Below are positions 16,673 through 25,000 of a stretch of 27,291 nucleotides of DNA, piece after piece (position 1 is the stretch's first letter; each line of letters begins with the position of its first letter). The stretch lies in contig CAXHAT010000100.1 of NCBI GenBank assembly GCA_964014485.1, positions 1 through 27,291 on the forward strand, in the 5' to 3' direction. Position numbers and translations under genes: made by a program. The DNA is from an uncultured Deferribacteres bacterium. GTDB lineage: Bacteria > Zhuqueibacterota > Zhuqueibacteria > Zhuqueibacterales > Geothermadaptataceae. The notes under the pieces were generated by a model, which worked only from the letters and a program-made list of their open reading frames with translations, was not told where the DNA came from and ran no database searches.

Positions 16673-19600
16673 ACTGCTGATCTCCTGGCGGCGAATAAAG
16701 CTCTGCAAAGATGATACTTACTGCGTTCTTCTAACAAGTATCTGGCAACTTGTGAGTATTGAATAAATCTGGCTTGTAGCTTGCGAATCGTTTCCGGCAA
16801 ACCGCGTCCAGAAATGAGCACAATATGCAATTGAGGAAAATCACCTTCGATTCTTTCCAGCCATTTCGACATTCCTTTGTATCGATCTCCGAATAGTTTT
16901 TCGAGTATGCCTAGGTGGAGAACAAAAAAAGCGGCGTTTGGCAAATGTTCGCTCACCCAGCGCTCCATTGCAGCCTCAAAATACGGCGGGTTGTCTAAAT
17001 CGACTTTCTCTTTGGGAGGTATGAAAATATTCATCCGCTCCAGCATGCCTTCTTCAAAACCGTTTGTGCCATGCAGCTGCTCAACCGCTTTTTGGATGCG
17101 TTCGTCGAACAGCGTGATTTTGACCAAGCCGGTTTCGATCAATTCGTTAACGATTTTCTGATTAGCGCACGGTGTTTCAGGAACGTTGCTCAGAAGAAAA
17201 TGCGTGGGTTGTTTATGTTGAATCGGCTCGTAATACAAAGACTGACCGCACGCAATTTGATGTTCTAAGAATTCGGAGTAATCCTTGTCAATTAAACCAT
17301 GACGATCATAGATAACATATTTTTTTTCGGGGTTCAGTTGAAGGATACGGTCCGGGGTAATAGATGCTTCAGAGAGGCCATCGACGTTCCAATGAGAGGC
17401 TGTCGACTCATCTTCCGGGCGAATAAAAAGCTTTACACGCGGTTCTTTTGCCTGAACCCATTTTTGCCAGACGGTTTCGCAAAAACCTTCCGCGCTGTCA
17501 CCGGAATCTTTGTACAACGATTTCAATGCTTCGGAATTGATAACCGGGAACGCATTATCTATTTTTCCAGAAGTCAAGATGCGCATAGGCAGCGCTTTCA
17601 AATTTTCTTTCACATCTTGCAAAAGCGCTATGGAAGGCTGGTCGAGAATAAGAAATTTATGTTCAATATTAGAAGCAAGCTTTTCTTCAAACTCTTCTTT
17701 GCCAACGATGTCGATTCCGTTGCCACGAATTTTGCAAGCAAATGCGTCATCTTGTTGGAAAGACTTGCTTTCATCAACAATCAGGACTTCCTTCGGGCGG
17801 TTGAGAAAAAAACGATAACCAAGATTGCTATCGATATTGACAGCTTCAAGCAATGGCGGGTTGTGTCTTCCGTCCAGTTTTTCCGGCGGTATGTTGCGTA
17901 GATAGGCTGCACAAATTTTCATCTCCAAAACGCCCCAGGCCAAACCTCGCAACGCACCATTTTCATCAAGAATCGATTCGCCAATTCTGCCGTTAATATA
18001 ATCCAACAATTTCATACCCGCACCGCTTCCCGCAAAGCTACGCGCATTGCCAAGCCGATCTGAAATGCACACTTCGATGAGATCGTCGTTTTCCAACACG
18101 TCTCGCGTTTCAAAGACAATTTCCAGTCTATCATGACAACTCCGATCGAAAGCATGCTTGGCACTATTTCGGATAATGTTTTCTAGAACGATATAAAGAG
18201 CATGCATGCCAAGGATACCGTTAGGACAAGCAAATCGTGGATCTGATTCCGGGCTTTCAAGATCGATAAAGCGGTCGTTATTGAGATAGGAAATAATAAT
18301 TTTTTTTGCTTTCAAATCGTCGATTCCGCTGATGCGGTCAAGCAAAATCTCTTGCCACTGCAAATCGTCTTGATCCTGATAACGCGGCTTGAAGTAGCCC
18401 ATAACGTCGCGGTAAATATGAGCGGAAGCGCCTACGCCGGGACGCGAGGTGGAAAGCGCGGCTATAAAATCCATCCTGGTGCGGACGTACGAATTCAGCG
18501 CCATTATGCGCTGGTCGGTTCTACGAAACGTTTTTTCATCACCAAAGAAATCACGTTTGCTATACATTCTCGCCAACACGTGTGATCCAATATTATGAGA
18601 TAAATTTCGCGCCATCACTTTCGCAATAGCGGATTGACGGTGAGCGTCTTTAGATTTTTGGTGGGCGTTTTTTAGACGCGATGAATTTAAGAGAAGCATC
18701 CTTGCTTTCAACAGTTCGTCAAGAAGCAATACAGCATCTTTCATGCGTTTATGTATGTAGGGAATTTTCAAGCTCAATTTTTCAGGGGCAAGAATTTCAT
18801 GCGGGACTTCCAATGAAAGTATTTTATTCTTGCAAACGTCTTTCAATTCCTGATCAACATACTTTTCGATTTGCTTCCGTTCAAGGACTCGGGCAATAGA
18901 GATCTTGCACATATCGCCTTCTATCCAAAAAACCTGGCTGTTTTCCAATGTTTCCCGTGTTTCCAACCTACTCTTTCGCCAATGGTGCAGGCTGCGAATT
19001 TCACTTTCCCAATATTCGATGGGATTTTGAATGTCACTGTTTTCTCCATAGCTGTCCAGGATACTGTTGCGAGTCCCGCGCAGATAAGCTTCATTAATGA
19101 CTTTGTATAGACCATTATTCGGCGGATCAAAATATTTGTGCGCCTGGTCTCTCACCTCTTCATCAGAAAAAAATACGCCCAGATATCCCCTCACAGCACG
19201 TACCGGCGGGCAATCGCCGTCGTAAATCGGCAAGTACAGCAAGTAAGGGTACTTGTATCTGTCCTGATAAAAATTGATCCCCTGTATGGTATACATCCAA
19301 TCTTGATAGAACGCTTCGAACGGCTTGTATGATATTTTATGGAATTGTTCAGTCACTTGTGGTTGCGGGGGGCTGTCTTCGATTTGCAGGAATGGGATTT
19401 CTGCAGCGTCATGTTGTTGCGTGAGACATATTTTCGCTCGATAGGCGTGCCCTTGCTTCTCTTGGTGATAGTTATGGATAAGGCCGATGTTGAAAGCTTT
19501 CGGAACAACAAATTTATATGTTAAATGGAAAACGCCGGTCAGAAACTCAATGTCGTCATAATCACCGGGGTTTTCCAAGACCTCCTTGTAATACTTTTCC

Positions 19601-19905
19601 AAGGAGGTTTTTTTGACACAATTACTAAAAACCAGCGCTGCGTTTTCTTGAAAAATGTGCTTATGATTAAGAATATGTTTGAATTTTTCTTCATCATAAC
19701 CCAGTATCCAACGAAAGCTAACAGTGCCGTCAGGTCTTGTTTTCAACAAAGTAAAATCGAAGGGCGCCGCTTCTTCTGCGGTAAATCCTGAGTTGCTGAG
19801 AAAATTTTTGTATTGACAGTCTAATCCGTCAGCAACTGTCGTATATGGACGACGCTGTAAGGTAAAGTCTTGTAACATGTTTTCAATATTGTTAATGGTG
19901 CACAT
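16669..19905 (-). CDS. soluble atypical histidine kinase (GHKL) with C-terminal pseudo-receiver domain(s)
   Basis: SD GGAGGAG before ATG 19905; 1078 aa. H-box-like ARNLSHNIGSHVL, N-box VLENIIRNSAKH, ISDRLG and GALRGLAWG. C-terminal REC-like fold ITLFDER...FVLHLG...IVLISGRG. No transmembrane helix seen. Confidence 0.7.
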   Translation of the reverse strand: MCTINNIENMLQDFTLQRRPYTTVADGLDCQYKNFLSNSGFTAEEAAPFDFTLLKTRPDGTVSFRWILGYDEEKFKHILNHKHIFQENAALVFSNCVKKTSLEKYYKEVLENPGDYDDIEFLTGVFHLTYKFVVPKAFNIGLIHNYHQEKQGHAYRAKICLTQQHDAAEIPFLQIEDSPPQPQVTEQFHKISYKPFEAFYQDWMYTIQGINFYQDRYKYPYLLYLPIYDGDCPPVRAVRGYLGVFFSDEEVRDQAHKYFDPPNNGLYKVINEAYLRGTRNSILDSYGENSDIQNPIEYWESEIRSLHHWRKSRLETRETLENSQVFWIEGDMCKISIARVLERKQIEKYVDQELKDVCKNKILSLEVPHEILAPEKLSLKIPYIHKRMKDAVLLLDELLKARMLLLNSSRLKNAHQKSKDAHRQSAIAKVMARNLSHNIGSHVLARMYSKRDFFGDEKTFRRTDQRIMALNSYVRTRMDFIAALSTSRPGVGASAHIYRDVMGYFKPRYQDQDDLQWQEILLDRISGIDDLKAKKIIISYLNNDRFIDLESPESDPRFACPNGILGMHALYIVLENIIRNSAKHAFDRSCHDRLEIVFETRDVLENDDLIEVCISDRLGNARSFAGSGAGMKLLDYINGRIGESILDENGALRGLAWGVLEMKICAAYLRNIPPEKLDGRHNPPLLEAVNIDSNLGYRFFLNRPKEVLIVDESKSFQQDDAFACKIRGNGIDIVGKEEFEEKLASNIEHKFLILDQPSIALLQDVKENLKALPMRILTSGKIDNAFPVINSEALKSLYKDSGDSAEGFCETVWQKWVQAKEPRVKLFIRPEDESTASHWNVDGLSEASITPDRILQLNPEKKYVIYDRHGLIDKDYSEFLEHQIACGQSLYYEPIQHKQPTHFLLSNVPETPCANQKIVNELIETGLVKITLFDERIQKAVEQLHGTNGFEEGMLERMNIFIPPKEKVDLDNPPYFEAAMERWVSEHLPNAAFFVLHLGILEKLFGDRYKGMSKWLERIEGDFPQLHIVLISGRGLPETIRKLQARFIQYSQVARYLLEERSKYHLCRALFAARRSAV

Positions 19906-20104
19906 ATTTTCTCCTCCCTGGAATCCATTCCTTTCCACTTGTGTAAAACATTCAATGCAAAGAATTATAGAGCGGCAGTGGGTATCGATGTCCAATGACT
20001 GTTTGGAGACCCGGGAGATAGAAACTCTGAACCTTTTTCAATATCAGGTGAAATATCGCAAGAGAACCGCTACAAAATAAAACTTACTCACTGCGAAAAA
20101 CGTT

Positions 20105-20254
20105 CAACCTTGCCTCCCCCCAGCAGCTTCAGCAACGCACAGTTCCTGCTGCCACGCCTCCTGGACTTATTCCTCCTTGCTTCGAGATCAGAGAGAGAAG
20201 AACAATCCCTTGCTGTAAAAACTGTCCGTTCCTGAAGCTTTTAAGGCAAGGTTG
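20105..20254 (-). ncRNA. candidate rod-like structured RNA or 5' leader (about 150 nt), family unknown
   Basis: Nested helices 20105-20115/20244-20254 (11 bp), 20125-20132/20232-20239 (8 bp), 20134-20144/20220-20230 and 20163-20176/20196-20208. G.U pairs favour the minus strand; TATAAT lies just upstream. Confidence 0.45.
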
Positions 20255-20265
20255 TGTTGGGAAAA

Positions 20266-20271
20266 ATTATA
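20266..20271 (-). promoter_or_regulatory. perfect -10 hexamer upstream of the structured element and kinase gene
   Basis: TATAAT on the minus strand at 20271-20266; no convincing -35. Confidence 0.35.
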
Positions 20272-20346
20272 CTGAAAGCGATGTTAGCTGGAGTTATCTC
20301 ATTTTGGGCGAGCCAGAAAATGCGAGGGAAAAGGCGGGAAACTTCT

Positions 20347-20404
20347 ACGGCGACTCTTCTCATTAACACCGAAATAATTCACGGTGTTAATGAAAAGTCA
20401 CCAT
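20347..20404 (-). terminator. long hairpin (about 23 bp) 3' of the radical SAM gene
   Basis: Minus strand ATGGTGACTTTTCATTAACACCG / CGGTGTTAATGAGAAGAGTCGCCGT, with a 12-bp perfect core, G.U pairs and a 2-nt bulge. Begins 23 nt after the stop; no immediate U-tract. Confidence 0.55.
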
Positions 20405-20427
20405 CTTTACATCATTTTGTCGCTTAA

Positions 20428-21528
20428 CTAAAACAAGCCGGCCGGCTCCAAAACAGCATTGACGGAATTATGAATTTTTGACAAGCCAAGTTCATACAAC
20501 TTTCGTGCGTTAAAACCACAATCCGCAAGCTTTGCAACGGCGACTTGATCATAATTTTTGACTTGCATCAAATCTTCCGCCGATAGCCAATAACCTTCCG
20601 GCGTGACGCGAACGCTGCGCCAGAGACCAACCGGAATTCGGACCGAATTAACGCGCAGAGTCAAACCATTTTCAAACGTCTTCGGTACAGAAGCGATGTC
20701 CTTCATGGGGTCGGCCAATCCCTTCATCGTCAAAATCGAAAGCAACTCGTTCTGGAGCGGATCGACTTCCATATTGACACGAACTTCTGAATTCAATTTA
20801 ATCTGTTCAAAACGTTCGAAAACCCGATCAACGATTTCGTAAAAATCGCTGGTATTCAAATTCAGCGATTGATCCGTCCATGATTTAGGTTTGTAAAAAC
20901 CTACTGAAAAGTTGCCTACTTTGTAATGGTCGTGGAGGAACTGTACAAAGTCCGGGAGTGAATACAAGTTCGTCGCGGCTACAGTGTGCGTTATCCAAAC
21001 ACGGTCGCAAAACTTTTCTGTCAACCATTGCAAGTTCGGCGCAAGCTGCTCGAAGGCGCCTTCGCCTCGAATGTAATCATGTTCTTCAGGCAAGCCGTCA
21101 ACACTGACGTCGATATAATCCGGCGTGGTCTCTTCAAGCTGATTTTTATACTTGTGCAGCAACGTACCGTTCGTAATCACGCCGATTTCCGTTTGCTTGC
21201 CGCTTTGCTGAACTTCGTTTCTCAATTTCACCGCGTCCAACAAAAGCGAAACGCTTTGATCGTTGATGAACGCCTCTTTTCCGGCAATGCACAAAATAGA
21301 AGGCTTGACGTCTTCAAAAACAGATCGAAAAAATTTCAGCCATTCGTCACGGGTCAAGTACTTGTCGAAAGGCGACGTTTGTAGGTAACAATGCTTGCAA
21401 GAAAGATTGCAGGCATTATTGATTAGAGCAGAAATGACTTCCAGATTTCCGGCTCCACCCTCCGCTCCAGGTTCGGTGTTGAGTCGCGGGAAAGCGCCAT
21501 TTAAACTCCCCGCCATCAAATTTGACAT
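20428..21528 (-). CDS. radical SAM enzyme, function unknown
   Basis: CNLSCKHC (CxxxCxxC), AGKE in place of GGE, ITNGTLL and VSVDG...HDYIRG.G.F; SD AGGAGG at 21539-21534. Confidence 0.9.
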   Translation of the reverse strand: MSNLMAGSLNGAFPRLNTEPGAEGGAGNLEVISALINNACNLSCKHCYLQTSPFDKYLTRDEWLKFFRSVFEDVKPSILCIAGKEAFINDQSVSLLLDAVKLRNEVQQSGKQTEIGVITNGTLLHKYKNQLEETTPDYIDVSVDGLPEEHDYIRGEGAFEQLAPNLQWLTEKFCDRVWITHTVAATNLYSLPDFVQFLHDHYKVGNFSVGFYKPKSWTDQSLNLNTSDFYEIVDRVFERFEQIKLNSEVRVNMEVDPLQNELLSILTMKGLADPMKDIASVPKTFENGLTLRVNSVRIPVGLWRSVRVTPEGYWLSAEDLMQVKNYDQVAVAKLADCGFNARKLYELGLSKIHNSVNAVLEPAGLF

Positions 21529-21664
21529 GGCGACCTCCTGCCCCAGCAGAAAAAATTCAGAGGGGCGTCATAGATGCGGCATTCATGCTGAGTTGCGAGT
21601 ATCAATTCCCTGATGCTCGATGGTCTTTTCAGTCAATCCGCGTCCCAAAAAATCCGCTCAAACG

Positions 21665-21689
21665 AAAAAACGCCACAACATCGTGGCGC
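21665..21689 (-). terminator. intrinsic terminator in the leader of the radical SAM gene
   Basis: Minus strand CGCCACG-ATGT-TGTGGCG followed by TTTTTT, about 140 nt upstream of the radical SAM ATG. Confidence 0.65.
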
Positions 21690-21840
21690 AAACTTCACTC
21701 CAAGCGTCTTGTGACATTTAGGAAGCGGAAAATTTGAAAGCGTCTAAGTGTCCATTTCATAGTCGCATCTCTCATCAGTTGCGTGAAAAATAGAAAGTCG
21801 AAAAAGTTGTAGGAAAACGATGAACGCTTAGAAGGAAGAC
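21665..21840 (-). ncRNA. candidate leader/attenuator or small RNA (about 175 nt) containing a 21-codon ORF
   Basis: Extended -10 upstream; 15/16-bp long-range helix 21823-21838/21693-21708 with three G.U pairs on the minus strand only; ends in an intrinsic terminator. Confidence 0.4.
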
Positions 21841-21845
21841 AATAA

Positions 21846-21854
21846 ATCATAGCA
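21846..21854 (-). promoter_or_regulatory. putative extended -10 promoter
   Basis: TG-C-TATGAT on the minus strand (21854-21846). Confidence 0.4.
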
Positions 21855-21993
21855 ACTTACGCCTGATGAAGCTGCGGAAACCAGACAAGATATTTTTCCA
21901 AGATTTTACATACAGCAAGCTACAAACCCATACACAATGAAGCCGTCTTCAATTCTGGGACATTCCAAAATACAGATTTCTCCGAATTCTTCA

Positions 21994-22022
21994 TTGCCGA
22001 AAAGACGCGTGTTTTGTATTTT
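21994..22022 (+). promoter_or_regulatory. putative sigma70 promoter of the large hydrolase gene
   Basis: TTGCCG (21994-21999), 17-bp spacer, TATTTT (22017-22022); SD AGGAGG at 22076-22081. Confidence 0.4.
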
Positions 22023-22089
22023 AGCGGCTTCGAAAACTGCCTGCTTTTGAAATCGGCGCTGGAAATGAACGACAGAGGAGGACGAGACA

Positions 22090-25000
22090 ATGAAGCACAG
22101 GATTTTGGCCGGAATAGCAGTCGTTTTACTGGCATCCTTCACCGCCCCAGCCTTCGGGCAAAGCCAACCGCAAGGGCGCAGATCAACCCCGCCCAAGGAT
22201 ATTAAAAAACAGATCGAAAACACGCTTGCTCGCCTTGATCACTCGCGCATCAGCACCGGTTTTCTACGCAACCGCGCTGTACCGCTCGTTGATCTAAACA
22301 AACTCTCGGATGCTGAAAACGGCGCTCCCATCACGCTGAAAACGTGGCGGCAAATCTATTTTGAAATGCACAACAGCGCCTTGCAAACGCCAAATTTTGC
22401 GGCATTGCAGGATTTTGAGCGCCGCGCAGAGCGATTCAAGCGCAGCGGCGTTATTCCGGTTGGTATGCTGCGATTTCACTATAACGAAATCAAGCCGGAC
22501 GCTGTAGATCGCGGTCTGTTGCTCGTCGAGAATGACCAGTTGATCGATGTTCCCGAAAGTCCTGAATCTCCTTACCGCGAAAACGCCGTTTTTGCCGCTT
22601 CAGCTTTGAGCGCACATACATACGCCGATCCGCAGGCGTTTATTTTCCCCCAGGCGCTTTACACTACCAATCAAAGCTCGCGCCCGCAACGACTCGAAGT
22701 CAATTTTGACGACGGACGCGGATTTCAACGCATCGCTTTCGATCAGCCGATTTCGATAAGTTATACATCGCCCGGCCAAAAAAACATTGTCGTCCGCGCT
22801 GCATTTGGCGAGGAAGTTCTCGAGAGCGCTTTTCTTTTTGAAAAACGCGAGTTTCAATCGATTGAAGCGACCGATACGCCGGACGTCTTCTGGGAAAACC
22901 TGGTTTCAGACTATGATTATCTCGGCGTTTTCGGCGAGTACGACGCTTATATTTTTCTCGGCGACGGCAACACCGAACTCACAGACCCGCTCATATTCGT
23001 CGAAGGCTTTGATCCCGACAACGCTTTTGGCTGGCCGGAAATCTGGGATATTTTAAACGGTTTCGAGCTCGCACCGCGTTTAATCGCCGACGGTTATGAC
23101 ATCGTCATCATGAACTTTCACAACGGCGCCGACTACGTTCAACGCAATGGGCTGGCGCTTGTGAGCCTGATTGAAAAAGTGAACGCTGAAAAAACCGGCA
23201 ATGACCAGATCGCGATTGCAGGCGCCAGCATGGGCGGCTTGGTAGGGCGCTATGCGATGACCTACATGGAAACCAACGGCAAAGATCATAATTCGCGACT
23301 GTTCCTGACCTTTGACTCGCCGCATCAAGGCGCGAACATCCCTCTTGGCGTACAGCACTGGGTCGAGTTTTTTGCCGATCACTCTGCAGCAGCGGCGGAT
23401 CAACTGGTCAATTTGAACTCGCCTGCGTCGCAGCAAATGCTGGTTTATCATTTTGCCAGCGAACCGAATTACACAGAAAATTCTCTCAAGTCAGACCTGT
23501 TGAATGATTTGGCAAGCATGGGCAACTACCCAAGCGCCTCTGGTTTGCGAAACGTTGCGGTCGCAAACGGAAGCGGAGCCGGGTCGGCGGGCGGGCAGCT
23601 TGGCAATAACGACGTGCCGCTCAATCCTGGCGACCAGATCATCGAATGGAATTATTGGAGCCTGTTCGTTGCTATCGACGGCAATGCCTGGGCTGTTCCG
23701 GACGAATCGCCGGAAACGCGAATTTTCGAAGGCGACGTTGATCAACTTTGGCCGTTTCCAGACGATCATCTCGAGGTTTTCGTTTCTGGTACGCAGCCGT
23801 ACGATAATGCTCCCGGCGGTAAGCGTGATACGCAGCAGCAAATTTCAGATTCCGACACTGGCGGGCTTGGCGTGATCATGACGGACTTCCCGTATCACAA
23901 TTTTATCCCGACGGTAAGTGCACTGGATATTCGCGACGGCGGCGGCGATCCAGTCGATCTCTTTTACAACATAAATAATGATGCACAAGTCGTTGATAAA
24001 ACGCCGTTCGAAGCGGTAAATTTTCCGACTTCTACGATAAACGAAGAACATGTTGAAGTGACTCAAGCGAACGCAGATTTTGTCGTCGCGCAAGTGCAAA
24101 TTGGCGGCTCCGCTCCTACTCCGCCTGCTGATCCGTCAGGCTTGACGGCAACGGCCAGCGGAACATCGCAAATCGATTTGGCCTGGACGGACAATTCCGG
24201 CAACGAAGACAATTTCAAGATCGAGCGTCACGCAGGAGACGGTAATTTCGCCGAAATCGCCACGGTCGGCGCGGACGTGACGTCGTTTGGCGACACAGGC
24301 CTTTCGGCTTCGACGACCTACACTTACCGCGTGCGCGCTGCGAACGCCGCCGGGAATTCCGGTTATTCCAACGCAGCGTCGGCCACGACGGACGACCCGC
24401 CCTCGCCGCCGGCTGATCCGTCAGGTTTGACCGCCACGGCCAACGGAACGTCGCAGATCGATCTGGCGTGGACGGACAATTCCGCCAACGAAGACAATTT
24501 CAAGATCGAACGCCATGCCGGCGACGGTAATTTCGCTGAGATCGCCACGGTCGGCGCGGACGTCACGTCGTTTGGCGACACAGGCCTTTCGGCTTCCACG
24601 ACCTACACTTATCGCGTGCGCGCTTCCAACGCCGCCGGGAATTCAGGTTATTCCAACGAAGCGTCAGCGACGACGGACGATCCGCCCCCGCCGCCTGCTG
24701 ATCCGTCAGGCTTGACCGCCACGGCCAACGGAACATCGCAGATCGATCTGGCCTGGACGGACAATGCTTCCAACGAAGACAATTTCAAGATCGAGCGTCA
24801 CGCCGGAGACGGTAATTTTGCCGAGATCGCCACAGTCGGCGCGGACGTGACGTCGTTTGGCGACACAGGCCTTGCGGCTTCGACGACGTACACTTATCGC
24901 GTGCGCGCTTCCAACGCCGCCGGAAATTCCGGTTATTCCAACGAAGCGTCCGCCACCACCGACGATCCGCCCCCGCCGCCTGCTGATCCGTCCGGTTTGA

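Noticed and set aside
19906..19995. TTG start at 19995 for the kinase, and other upstream starts in the ORF track (1176, 1627, 2797, 7891, 8784, 12001, 16708)
   Set aside because: Downstream starts have better SD sites, stop/start coupling or family-typical N-termini.
20105..20254. Retron msr-msd (a1/a2 inverted repeats) or SRP RNA
   Set aside because: No reverse transcriptase in the window, and the SRP helix-8 motif (CAGG...GNRA...AGCAG) is not at the apex.
20428..21528. Prokaryotic viperin, PqqE or MoaA assignment for the radical SAM gene
   Set aside because: Lacks the viperin N-x-H...GGEP pattern and the auxiliary-cluster cysteines of PqqE/MoaA; no cognate pathway genes nearby.
21755..21882. 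Hammerhead-like CTGATGA...GAAA strings on both strands (minus near 21778-21757, plus near 21863-21881)
   Set aside because: Stem II cannot form between the core motifs in either case.
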